Positions 8,194 to 16,655 of a stretch of DNA of 28,143 bases are shown here, piece by piece. Numbering within the stretch: position 1 is the first letter of the stretch; every line of letters starts with the position of its first letter. Both the position numbers and the translations under genes were made by a program. The notes under the pieces were generated by a model. It searched no databases. It was given only the letters and a program-made list of their open reading frames with translations, and was not told where the DNA came from. The stretch comes from a virus (lineage: Duplodnaviria; Caudoviricetes), in IMG/VR virus record IMGVR_UViG_3300009602_000064, positions 1-28,143 of that record, one strand, 5' to 3'.

Positions 8194-10121
8194 CGGTTTT
8201 CCATCATTTTAAGTTCTGCGTCCAACATCGCCAGATCTTCCTTGGACTGAACGCGCTCTGACGAGGCACGGGATTCTTCTTGGATTTCCGCTGACTTGCT
8301 ACGCTCCCGAGAAGTGATATCTGCCAGCTTGCCTTCCTGTTTCAACTTCTCACGTTCCAGTTCAGCGGCGATCTTCTGCTGCTGGATGCGTTCCTCGGGG
8401 GAAGGCTGCGGCGGTTGCTGCTGGGCTGCTTGTAGCTGCTGCATGATCTGCGCTTCAGTCTGTCCGATCACGTCCTCGAAGTTACGCCCGATCTTCCAGG
8501 CACCTGTGACAAATTTGAGTATCTCGAAAGCAATCGGCGTGATTTCCGGCGCGGCCTTGGTGGCTTCGATAGCCTGAACCAGAAACGAACCCATCGTATT
8601 GGCAAACTCTACCCGCGTTCGCTTCATCTCCTCTTCGTCAGCAAACACGGTACTGTCGGTCTCGATATCGATCTGGTAGCTGCGCAGCTTGTCGCTTCGC
8701 ATGATCTCCAGCATCTCGTCGGTTACTTCCATCCCGGTGATGCGCTGAAGGATATCCGGCTCGTAATTCTCCGCGATCAATTCCGCCTTGATGCGAAAAA
8801 GCTCGCGGATGTATTTTTGGATGGCGTCCTGCCGCAAGCGCAGCCGCATCGATCCGTACTGCGCTTTGAGTTGCTGCGCGGTCGCTGATTCCGATGCCTT
8901 GGTGCCGCCGCCGCGAATGATGTCCGAGATGCCCGTAACTTCATAGATGATCTGAAGAACCTGGGCGCGTTGGGTATAAAGACCCTGAAGCACGGCAGAA
9001 ATCTGAGAAATATCCTCGGTCTGGAAGACGACCGATAACCCGCCTTTCTGAGCCAGCGATGCAAAATTATCCGACGGAACGAAATCGTTGTCCCCGGCGT
9101 TCGCCAGATGCGCCAGTTCAGGCACCGATGAATCGTAGACCCCGCGCCGCTTCAATCCTTCGATCAAATAGGCAATGCGGCTGGTTACGCGGTCCAGTTC
9201 ATCGGCTTGATCTTGATAAAGGGTAAATTCTGGCACCGGAACGGAAGTGTTATTAGTCCGCACCGCAATCAAAGGCGTCGGCGTCGGGAAGAAATTGATC
9301 AACTGGTAGGGATCGTCGTCCTCAGCCAGCACTTCCTTGTAGCCGGTAGCGATAAACAACCGCTTGCGAGTTACCTTGTCCCAGATCTCCCAAACTTCGG
9401 CACGATTATAAATCTCATCGAAGTCCTCGCTATGTCCCGAATCTGGCATCCATGACAGCGGAATCTCATAAGCGTCCTTGAATCCGCGCCCAACCAGATC
9501 GTCGCGAGTATAAAGATGGCGGCGCGCTCGCCACGTCACATCTTCCGGGCGACGGCTCGGGCTTTCCCGATAATCTTGCCAATGCACGTATTCAAGACGG
9601 CATCGCTGGTCGCCAAGCCGCTCAATTTCTTCTTCTTCAACGATATCGACATCGTCGTCTTGGATCTCGATCTTGATCTTTTCTTTGACGATAATCGGCT
9701 CGTATACAACCCAGACCACACCGCGTCCGGGCAGTAGGTAGTCCTCCAGCGCTGCCATCAACGGGCGCGTTGAATCATAAATATCCAGATCGTAAGAAAG
9801 CGTGCGCTCAAGAAGAATCGCAACCTGACGCGCAGCCGGATTGGGATCTGGGAAGCGCCGCCGCACATCGGGCTGAGCCATACGGGCAAATAACGCGCCC
9901 TTCAATGTCTCGGTATTGGCCCATAATATGTTGAAGCGATTGCTGAGCGGTCCGATGACTCCGCTATTGCTACGCTCGTCGCGGTAGCGTTCGACCACGC
10001 GCATGCCGCGCTCGCGCCAATCGCGCTCGAACTGGCCAGCCTGATCAAGCTCGTTCTGCCAGTAACGCGCTGGGCCGAGGAGTTTTTCCTGCTCGGCTCG
10101 TGTGTCGTCTTTGTCAGACAT
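8190..10121 (-). CDS. Portal protein (P22-like)
   Basis: 643 aa; FNILWANTETL, IYEVTGISDIIRG, ESATAQQLK motifs and a C-terminal coiled coil; after terminase. Confidence 0.88.
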   Translation of the reverse strand: MSDKDDTRAEQEKLLGPARYWQNELDQAGQFERDWRERGMRVVERYRDERSNSGVIGPLSNRFNILWANTETLKGALFARMAQPDVRRRFPDPNPAARQVAILLERTLSYDLDIYDSTRPLMAALEDYLLPGRGVVWVVYEPIIVKEKIKIEIQDDDVDIVEEEEIERLGDQRCRLEYVHWQDYRESPSRRPEDVTWRARRHLYTRDDLVGRGFKDAYEIPLSWMPDSGHSEDFDEIYNRAEVWEIWDKVTRKRLFIATGYKEVLAEDDDPYQLINFFPTPTPLIAVRTNNTSVPVPEFTLYQDQADELDRVTSRIAYLIEGLKRRGVYDSSVPELAHLANAGDNDFVPSDNFASLAQKGGLSVVFQTEDISQISAVLQGLYTQRAQVLQIIYEVTGISDIIRGGGTKASESATAQQLKAQYGSMRLRLRQDAIQKYIRELFRIKAELIAENYEPDILQRITGMEVTDEMLEIMRSDKLRSYQIDIETDSTVFADEEEMKRTRVEFANTMGSFLVQAIEATKAAPEITPIAFEILKFVTGAWKIGRNFEDVIGQTEAQIMQQLQAAQQQPPQPSPEERIQQQKIAAELEREKLKQEGKLADITSRERSKSAEIQEESRASSERVQSKEDLAMLDAELKMMENR

Positions 10122-10512
10122 CGTTAATACTCGCTCCGCTTATCTTGCCACGCACCGAGATCCCGGCGCTATGCACGGTATCGGCGCTGCCAGAAACCAG
10201 CGGGTGCCACCATTCGAGATTCTCGCCCCGCGCCCGCTTGATATAGGCGCAAGTATCGGGAAGCCAGTCACAGTTGCGGATGAATTCCGGCGATAATGTG
10301 ACACAGTTCGGAACTCGCTGCTGGCGATCTGGATAATCAGTGCAGCGAATCGTCTCGTGATCGAGCAAACGGCAGGCCAGATCGGTATAAAATACCTCTT
10401 CGGTTTCATCGCTTCTGATCTTGATCAAACAGCACTTTCCGCATCCATCGCATAAATCCTCCCATTCCTGGGGGGATAGCTCTTCAAGCGTTTTTTCTTC
10501 CCAAAAACTCAC
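10114..10512 (-). CDS. ycgN: YcgN/UPF0260 family CxxCxxCC cysteine-cluster protein
   Basis: FWEEKTLEELSPQEWEDLCDGCGKCCLIK...ACRLLD...CTDYPDR...WLPDTCAY...WWHPLVSG matches the bacterial YcgN signature; GTG start overlaps the upstream stop. Confidence 0.88.
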   Translation of the reverse strand: MSFWEEKTLEELSPQEWEDLCDGCGKCCLIKIRSDETEEVFYTDLACRLLDHETIRCTDYPDRQQRVPNCVTLSPEFIRNCDWLPDTCAYIKRARGENLEWWHPLVSGSADTVHSAGISVRGKISGASINDV

Positions 10513-10943
10513 GCCTGCCCAAATTGCTGCATCACTTGCTGGGCCGCTTGCGCGCCCATTCCAGTTCCCATTCCCGGTCCTGGCATCGGTCCGGGCATCG
10601 GTCCCGGCATTAGCGGCATTCCAGGCATGGGCATCCCAGGCATCCCAGCCATAGGCATTCCTGCGGGCATTGGTTGCGGCAATGCCATCCCAGGGGTCGG
10701 AATTGCAGGAATGCCCATGCCGAGATCTTCGGGCGGAGCGACCGGCATCATCATCGGTGCCGGACCCGGCAGCGGTATGGGTATTTCTTCGACGGTTTCG
10801 GGCAGTTCTTTTTCCACGCCACTGTAGTCCCCAGGTGTCTCGGTGGTTTTCACCGTTACCTTGGCCATCAACACGCCGCCCATCTCGGCCGCGTCTTCCG
10901 GGGCAAAATCAAAACCATCGTCCATGCCGTAATCAATCGCCAT
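10509..10943 (-). CDS. Pro/Met/Gly-rich low-complexity protein
   Basis: 144 aa coupled to terL (TGATG) and to ycgN; GMP/PGPM repeats. Confidence 0.6.
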   Translation of the reverse strand: MAIDYGMDDGFDFAPEDAAEMGGVLMAKVTVKTTETPGDYSGVEKELPETVEEIPIPLPGPAPMMMPVAPPEDLGMGIPAIPTPGMALPQPMPAGMPMAGMPGMPMPGMPLMPGPMPGPMPGPGMGTGMGAQAAQQVMQQFGQA

Positions 10944-12274
10944 CAGATGCGCGGCTCCGTGTGATTTCGCTCATCAAAATCATGTATTTCCCACAGGTCG
11001 TCAAGACATGGTTTTTTCAGCATTTCTTCTTGCCAGTCCGTTTCGGGTTCTTTGGGCTTCAAATTACGGTAGGCAATCGCCAGATATCGGAAAGAATCAG
11101 AGGCATGAGAAGCCCAGTTATGTAGCGGCGTCTTGCGAAATACGCGCTTAACATCGTCCCATTCGCGCTGATAAGAGCGCAGCGCGTTCAAGCCCTGCTC
11201 GCAATTTAGCTCATCGAAATAACAATGCTGCAATAGCAACCGGGCGGCGTTAATCCCGTCCGCGATCTTATGCGAGGGCACGATCTTGGGCTTGCGGCCC
11301 ATATTAACAAGCGTCTCGGCGCGGGTTCTGCCGGTGCCAAGCTCACGGACCTTGGCATCATGGGGCAGCCAGTCGTCGCCGTACCAGTAACCTTTCTCCT
11401 GCATCACCTTGACGTAATGCTCAAGTCCTACGTTGTTGTGTTCGTAGTAATCAATGACACGCACTTCGCCCATAGTGACTTGAAAAAACCATAAAGCGCA
11501 CGAATCGCTGATGCCAAGATCCCAAGCAACATGCACGGGCAGCGCTTCATCATACTCAACCCGGCAAATACGCCCTTCCTTGTCCGCGTCATCCACTAAT
11601 CCCCCGTAATAACTACCCTTGATCGCTGCCGTCCAAGAACATTCAAACTCCTGTTGATACTCATCATCCCCCATCTCGCGCTTGGCAGCGTCAAGCTCGC
11701 TGGGCTCGATCACATCCGTCTCGGAGGCCCGGTACATGGCGCTGTGCCACTCGCTGTCGTCAGCGGCATTCTCATAAAGCCGCCAGAAATGATTGCGGCC
11801 CTTGGGCGTGCCGATAAATATCGCCCAACCCTGGCGATCCACCAGCGCAGGACGAACAATCTCGCTCCATACCCGAGGCGACATATCGGCATACTCATCC
11901 AATACAACGCCATCAAGATAAATTCCCCTCAACGCATCGGGATCATCCCCGGCACCGGCCAAACGAATGCGGCTGCCATTGATCAAATCAACCCGTAGCT
12001 CGGACTGATTAATCTTGGTGCCGGGCAAATCGCGGGCATAATAAACCAGATAATCCCACGCAACCTGCTTGGCCTGACGATAATACGGCGCGAGATACAT
12101 AAACCGCCCATCATGCCGCTCGGTCTTGATCTCCAACGCCTTCGCCAATAGCTCCGTCACCGCGTAGACGGACTTGCCCCAGCGACGGTGGCTCACGCAA
12201 ATCTTGAACCTCTTGGCATTCCGGTGCAGGTCAAGCTGCTGGGGCCGGGGCGTATAAGGAATCTCAATATCCAC
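10943..12274 (-). CDS. terL: Terminase large subunit
   Basis: Walker A HRRWGKS, Walker B VVLDEYA, FIGTPKG coupling motif, RNase H nuclease AWDLG...SHASDSFRY. Confidence 0.95.
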   Translation of the reverse strand: MDIEIPYTPRPQQLDLHRNAKRFKICVSHRRWGKSVYAVTELLAKALEIKTERHDGRFMYLAPYYRQAKQVAWDYLVYYARDLPGTKINQSELRVDLINGSRIRLAGAGDDPDALRGIYLDGVVLDEYADMSPRVWSEIVRPALVDRQGWAIFIGTPKGRNHFWRLYENAADDSEWHSAMYRASETDVIEPSELDAAKREMGDDEYQQEFECSWTAAIKGSYYGGLVDDADKEGRICRVEYDEALPVHVAWDLGISDSCALWFFQVTMGEVRVIDYYEHNNVGLEHYVKVMQEKGYWYGDDWLPHDAKVRELGTGRTRAETLVNMGRKPKIVPSHKIADGINAARLLLQHCYFDELNCEQGLNALRSYQREWDDVKRVFRKTPLHNWASHASDSFRYLAIAYRNLKPKEPETDWQEEMLKKPCLDDLWEIHDFDERNHTEPRI

Positions 12275-12283
12275 CCAGTAACC

Positions 12284-12739
12284 CTAATTCTCGATTGCCT
12301 TCTCCGGCGTCACATCAATCATCTTGGCCTGCTTATCCACCGGAGGCTCCAGCGCAAACGTCACCCGAATACTCTCGGGCAACCCCTCATGCACCGTCTT
12401 GGTCGTATCCTGCCAGCCAGCGCGGGCCTTCAACCAGAAGATACTCGCAATCGTATCCTTGCCACCGCTGGCCCGTCCGTAGAGACTCTTCGCCACACTA
12501 AAATTAGCCCGCGCGGCACCCGTGTCCAATTCCTCACGATAAAACTTGCGCAGCGTCTTGGGCGCAATGTCCAGCAACTTGCTAATCGACGGCTGGTCCA
12601 ACCCCATCCCGACAGCAGCCATCACCGTCTTACGTGTAACCTCAGAGGGCTTGTGATACGGGCGCTTCGGTCCGGGTGCCTTTTTTGGATTTTCCACCAA
12701 ATCAGGCAAATCAATAGGCGTTATCTCATCCATGACCAA
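12284..12739 (-). CDS. terS: Terminase small subunit (start may be ATG 12733)
   Basis: HTH (ISKLLDIAPKTLRKFYREEL) plus ASIFWLKARAGW; immediately upstream of terL. Confidence 0.8.
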   Translation of the reverse strand: MVMDEITPIDLPDLVENPKKAPGPKRPYHKPSEVTRKTVMAAVGMGLDQPSISKLLDIAPKTLRKFYREELDTGAARANFSVAKSLYGRASGGKDTIASIFWLKARAGWQDTTKTVHEGLPESIRVTFALEPPVDKQAKMIDVTPEKAIEN

Positions 12740-12831
12740 AACTTAATAACCCGAGGCCCACAAATATGTCCAGAGGCAATACCTGTACCGGATAATAGGG
12801 GTTTAGCGGTCCATGTAACATTAAGCAGTCT

Positions 12832-12879
12832 TGGTGGGGGTTCTGGTGAGGGTTCTGGGATGGGTTCTGGGATGGGTGG
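12832..12879. repeat. Four imperfect 12-bp G-rich tandem repeats
   Basis: TGGTGGGGGTTC TGGTGAGGGTTC TGGGATGGGTTC TGGGATGGGTGG. Confidence 0.85.
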
Positions 12880-13053
12880 GTATATGGCCCGTATACGCCA
12901 ACGACGACGACCCCGGCCGTCGAACCGGCCCGGCGTCGCCGGATCGGAACCCGGGCCAGGGACCCATGCCGAGACTGAGCCGACGGCCGCGCCGCCTGGG
13001 CCAACCGTCCCTCGCCGGGTCGGAAACACCCGGCCTCGCGACCAGCGCCCGGC

Positions 13054-13076
13054 CGCCCGGCGCCCAGCGCCCGGCG
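13054..13076. repeat. 23-bp direct repeat, copy 1
   Basis: CGCCCGGCGCCCAGCGCCCGGCG, identical at 13377-13399. Confidence 0.85.
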
Positions 13077-13124
13077 TCCGAGCCGAGCCGCGCCGCGCTG
13101 TGCGACGCGCCCGGAGCGAGGGGA

Positions 13125-13337
13125 CTAGACACCAGACTCTTCAGGGTAGTCGCCTTCGATAATATTTCCCCAATATTCGCCCAACCCAAGGTCCAGCACG
13201 ATTTTGTCAAATGCTTGGCAATGTACCCAACCTTCGTGGCCCTTCAGCCAGGGCTCGCGAGCCTCGCTATCGCTATCGGCTAGGTTCGCCACGTAATAGA
13301 GCCGAGCGATGGTGTCGATGTATTCGCGCTTGGTCAT
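13125..13337 (-). CDS. Hypothetical protein
   Basis: 70 aa, GGAGGCTAATCAG-ATG start signal. Confidence 0.7.
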   Translation of the reverse strand: MTKREYIDTIARLYYVANLADSDSEAREPWLKGHEGWVHCQAFDKIVLDLGLGEYWGNIIEGDYPEESGV

Positions 13338-13376
13338 CTGATTAGCCTCCTGATTGATTGATTAATTAACGAAGCG

Positions 13377-13399
13377 CGCCCGGCGCCCAGCGCCCGGCG
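13377..13399. repeat. 23-bp direct repeat, copy 2
   Basis: Identical to 13054-13076. Confidence 0.85.
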
Positions 13400-13596
13400 C
13401 GCAAACATTCGCACAAACGCAGAGCCACGTCAACCCATGCCAACCCACGCATGAGCGGGTTCGGAACCGGGTGCTCTGATACCTTTTTTCAGGCGCTCAG
13501 CGTAGAGCCGGGCTCATGCCCGGCCCCACATCCAAGGGATTCCGCCACTCTCCACGACTCTCGACTCAGCACGTTACCGCCAATCAAAATCAATCC

Positions 13597-13637
13597 AATC
13601 ACCAGGGTGGTCCTGTGGACAACTCACCCTGGTGATT
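13597..13637 (-). terminator. Stem-loop / probable terminator after the initiator gene
   Basis: Perfect 13-bp inverted repeat AATCACCAGGGTG...CACCCTGGTGATT just past the stop at 13644; T-rich flanks on both strands. Confidence 0.55.
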
Positions 13638-13643
13638 TCTTTG

Positions 13644-14153
13644 CTACGCCTTGGGTCGATGGTCGCCAGCGATTAGCGCTCTACCAGCCGCACGTTCCCG
13701 CTCGTATTCGTCTATCAGTTCCTGGCGAGTACGCCGGAATCGGCGAGGTTTAGAATCGCCAGACCAACCGGAATCCGAATTAAAAGAATCATAATCCTTC
13801 TCACTAGGATAGTTACTAGGTCTTACTTTACTAGGATTGTAGGTCACTGTGGGCCTAGTGGGTGGGTCACTGTGGGCCTTAACGTAGGTCACTGGCGACG
13901 GCACCACGCTATAGCGAATCGTGCCCTTACGTCCTTTACCCTGCGGCGATATCAAGCCGCGGCGGATTAGCGACGCGAGGGCGCGCTTGATTGTCGAACG
14001 GCTACAGCAACACATTCTCGCTAGCGTCGCCTGACTTGGGTATGCGTTCGCTCCGCGTTGATCGGTAAAACTAGCCAGCGCTAGCAGAACGAGTCGCTGG
14101 GATGCCGTGACGTCCGGCAGCCGCCAAATGGGTCGCAGCAGCCGCCACGTCAT
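13644..14153 (-). CDS. HTH_36-type winged-helix replication initiator
   Basis: RLVLLALASF...AYPSQATLARMCCCSRSTIKRALASLIRRGLI is the typical phage initiator N-terminus; internal iterons. Confidence 0.75.
   Translation of the reverse strand: MTWRLLRPIWRLPDVTASQRLVLLALASFTDQRGANAYPSQATLARMCCCSRSTIKRALASLIRRGLISPQGKGRKGTIRYSVVPSPVTYVKAHSDPPTRPTVTYNPSKVRPSNYPSEKDYDSFNSDSGWSGDSKPRRFRRTRQELIDEYERERAAGRALIAGDHRPKA
13803..13894. repeat. Iteron-like repeats, putative replication origin
   Basis: GGTCACTGTGGGCCT at 13842 and 13865, partial GGTCACTG at 13887 (22-23 bp period); ACTAGG at 13803, 13815 and 13830 in an AT-richer tract. Confidence 0.65.
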
Positions 14154-14350
14154 GCGACGTTATCGAGTTCGTAGCGCGCCATGTACTTCCTGATTTTGAG
14201 GATCGTAGATCGCCTGATCGGCCGGCCGTCCCGAATCCGCTCCAGAAGATGACTGTCATTCAGGCAACGTATTCCGAATGTCGAGTCGGCGATCCCGTGG
14301 CGCGTCATAAATTCGTCTAACTCCGCGATAAGCGATTCTTGGTTGTTCAT
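14150..14350 (-). CDS. Small Cro-like HTH regulator
   Basis: ATG 14350 after AGGAG; STFGIRCLNDSHLLERIRDGRPIRRSTILKIRKYM resembles alphaproteobacterial phage HTH proteins. Confidence 0.65.
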   Translation of the reverse strand: MNNQESLIAELDEFMTRHGIADSTFGIRCLNDSHLLERIRDGRPIRRSTILKIRKYMARYELDNVA

Positions 14351-14366
14351 TATGGTGACTCCTAGT

Positions 14367-14954
14367 TTAAATATCCATAACGTGTCGGTGGATAGGACAA
14401 ATTGGGGGACCACCGGCTTCTAGCCATTTCGCGGACAAGCGGACTGTGTAGCCTTTGCCGTTCTCGCTTTCATCCCGGCAATGCCAGCACTCGGCTTTAA
14501 TCATGCGAGTCCCTTGTTTCTTGACGCTGGAATAATCAAGCTCAGCGTGGGGATATTCGCCTAGGCGATCAAGAATCGGTTGCACGAATCGTTTAAACGA
14601 CTCGCTCGGTGTCGTTGCGGTCATTTTGCCTTCGAGTCCGATAGCCAGCGCGAGCTTGCGGAATGGGGCCTTGTGGCCAGCCTCTAATCCTACGCAGGCG
14701 TGGACTAATTCATGCGCTAGCACGTGCGCAACATCCATCGGATCATCGACAGCAGGCGAGATAGATATCTCGTAATGATTATCTTTCGACGCGGACGGGT
14801 CGAAACATTGGCCAAGCGCCTTACGACGCGAGCCAGCGCCTTTACTGGGCCAACCGCAAGTATAACGGACTCTCTCTGGATAGGTCGCGCCGCTGCTATG
14901 AAACAGCGGGCGCAACTCAGTCGCTAGTGCGTTAATGTAAGATTCACGATTCAT
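14367..14954 (-). CDS. SprT-like zinc metalloprotease domain protein
   Basis: HVLAHELVH (HEXXH) plus downstream GHKAPF; C-terminal CxxC...CPIH zinc ribbon. Confidence 0.75.
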   Translation of the reverse strand: MNRESYINALATELRPLFHSSGATYPERVRYTCGWPSKGAGSRRKALGQCFDPSASKDNHYEISISPAVDDPMDVAHVLAHELVHACVGLEAGHKAPFRKLALAIGLEGKMTATTPSESFKRFVQPILDRLGEYPHAELDYSSVKKQGTRMIKAECWHCRDESENGKGYTVRLSAKWLEAGGPPICPIHRHVMDI

Positions 14955-15193
14955 TTGATTAGCCTCGCTACCATTCTCTTGAGGTCGGCGCTCGCCTCGG
15001 TAACCACATCATTTTCGCGTACGTGGCGGCGCGTCTCTCCGGCCACATATTTCTCGCTTTCGTCGGCCCTGTCTGTGTGGTAGTCGGCTTCGCGCCATTC
15101 GTCAGCCCATCCATCTTCGCTCGCCTGAGCGAGGCTGTAGCGACAAGTCAAATTCCACATCTGGGCGTAGGTAATTTCGCTGTTCGGGTTCAT
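14951..15193 (-). CDS. Hypothetical protein
   Basis: 80 aa, GGAGGCTAATCAA-ATG start, ATGA overlap with the next gene. Confidence 0.7.
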   Translation of the reverse strand: MNPNSEITYAQMWNLTCRYSLAQASEDGWADEWREADYHTDRADESEKYVAGETRRHVRENDVVTEASADLKRMVARLIK

Positions 15194-15222
15194 TTGATTA
15201 GCCTCCTTTGTTAGTCACTTGT

Positions 15223-15251
15223 TATATACGCGCCACACGCGACCACGTCAA
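15223..15251 (-). promoter_or_regulatory. Sigma70-like leftward promoter
   Basis: TTGACG-17 nt-TATATA on the minus strand. Confidence 0.6.
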
Positions 15252-15264
15252 CGCGAATAAAGAC

Positions 15265-15292
15265 TTGACGACGCTTTTTTATGCCGTATGAT
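15265..15292 (+). promoter_or_regulatory. Sigma70-like rightward promoter
   Basis: TTGACG-16 nt-TATGAT at the strand switch. Confidence 0.6.
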
Positions 15293-15328
15293 CGCAGTCA
15301 TTCGAGGCTAATCAGTGAGGCTAGGGCT

Positions 15329-15658
15329 ATGAAAATCGGAACAGTAAGAATCGAAGAAGCGCGAGTTTACGACTCGCACGCTGGATATCACCAATTCCAT
15401 TCGCCAGAAACTCAGGAACCCTTCGGGTCGTTCGAGGTCTTCTGGCACGATGGCGATCACATGGTTGAACGCGATGGAATGGATGGGTTCACCGACACCA
15501 TGCCACTAGACGACTGGCGTAAGCCGGAACCGGCTGGTTGGTATTGGGCAGCGGGATTCCCTGGTTGTCTTTTAGATGGCGAGCCATCTGGACCCTTCGC
15601 CTGCTCCTGTCAGGCACATCAGGACGCTGACGAGTGGTCGCCTGACTACGACGACTAG
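15329..15658 (+). CDS. Hypothetical acidic protein
   Basis: Start moved to ATG 15329 because 15281 lies inside the promoter; GWYWAAGFPGCLLDGEPSGPF motif. Confidence 0.7.
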   Translation: MKIGTVRIEEARVYDSHAGYHQFHSPETQEPFGSFEVFWHDGDHMVERDGMDGFTDTMPLDDWRKPEPAGWYWAAGFPGCLLDGEPSGPFACSCQAHQDADEWSPDYDD

Positions 15659-15743
15659 CGACTCGGTATGCGCTGGGAACGATCCCAGCGTATCCACGGC
15701 CGCTATGGGTCGATAGGCGAAACCAAACAAGAGGCTTGAGGCT

Positions 15744-15881
15744 ATGAAAATCATCACTATCGAAAAGAGTCGCCTGGACGCGTTCAAAGCGTCCCGACGC
15801 GATCACGGCATCAATCCCAATCTCGCCGACAAGCTGAACGCTGTCGCGCGATACCTCCTGCCGGCGAGGGGGCAGCGATGA
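15744..15881 (+). CDS. Small hypothetical protein (45 aa)
   Basis: Below the ORF-track cutoff; GAGGCTTGAGGCT-ATG; MKIITIEKSRLDAFK...; ATGA overlap with the next gene. Confidence 0.55.
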   Translation: MKIITIEKSRLDAFKASRRDHGINPNLADKLNAVARYLLPARGQR

Positions 15882-16123
15882 AAAATCTACGACGGTTCGT
15901 CGACTACACCAGACCTGTCGGTGACGACATCCACAGTCCGATCATGATCTACAGCACCAGCGAGGACGGCGACCATTATTCGGAGGTGATCTGTGAGTTA
16001 TGCAGCGCATCGCTCGATGCGGTGATGTTCGCGCACCCGTCGATTGATCGCGACGGACGAGCGTATTCAGAATCGTGGTGCGGGGCTAACGCCGCGCCGT
16101 ACGTGATTAGGCGCAACAACTAG
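15878..16123 (+). CDS. Hypothetical protein
   Basis: 81 aa in the operon, contains CELC. Confidence 0.55.
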   Translation: MKNLRRFVDYTRPVGDDIHSPIMIYSTSEDGDHYSEVICELCSASLDAVMFAHPSIDRDGRAYSESWCGANAAPYVIRRNN

Positions 16124-16137
16124 GGGGGAGGGGCAGG

Positions 16138-16290
16138 ATGACGAAATATGACCCGATCACAGGAACTCGACTTCAGCGCCTGCTATTCGTTTCGCTGATT
16201 CCCGGCCCAGCAAAGCGCCGCCACGCGGCCAACGTACTGGGATTCTTGGTCATTCTTGGGCTTGGCGCTATCGCTATGTTCGTGTTGTGA
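16138..16290 (+). CDS. Small membrane protein (50 aa)
   Basis: GGAGGGG SD; MTKYDPITGTRLQ...VLGFLVILGLGAIAMFVL, hydrophobic C-terminus. Confidence 0.55.
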   Translation: MTKYDPITGTRLQRLLFVSLIPGPAKRRHAANVLGFLVILGLGAIAMFVL

Positions 16291-16301
16291 TGGAGAACAA
16301 A

Positions 16302-16655
16302 ATGAGAAAACAGGACGGGCAGACATCTGGAATCGGATTCCCGCTAAGCAGACGGCTCACTCTTCTGGAGAGGACCATGGACGACGCGATCAGAGAAGAT
16401 CCGACGCTGTCGTCCATGTCACCGCATATGGACCTCACCGGAGCGATTCACTTTCCAACCGACGCCCAGCAGAAGGCCGATTATCGAGAAATCGATGACG
16501 ACGGCGTCGCGGAATCTCTCGGGGATGACCTGATGGCGACGCTAAATCGCCGCGCCGTCAGCAACAGGGCCATTCAGCGGCATATCGTTGAGCGGCTTCG
16601 GGACTGGCTGGAAGTCAGAACCTGTGCCGAGTCGAATGGGGAGCCGAATGGCTGA
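16302..16655 (+). CDS. Hypothetical protein
   Basis: GGAG-6 nt-ATG at 16302; in the operon. Confidence 0.55.
   Translation: MRKQDGQTSGIGFPLSRRLTLLERTMDDAIREDPTLSSMSPHMDLTGAIHFPTDAQQKADYREIDDDGVAESLGDDLMATLNRRAVSNRAIQRHIVERLRDWLEVRTCAESNGEPNG

Noticed and set aside
12188-13283. Long ORFs 12188-13162, 12721-13029, 12726-13004, 12821-13210, 12831-13283
   Set aside because: Antisense to terS or spanning GC-rich repeats; low-complexity translations with no start signals.
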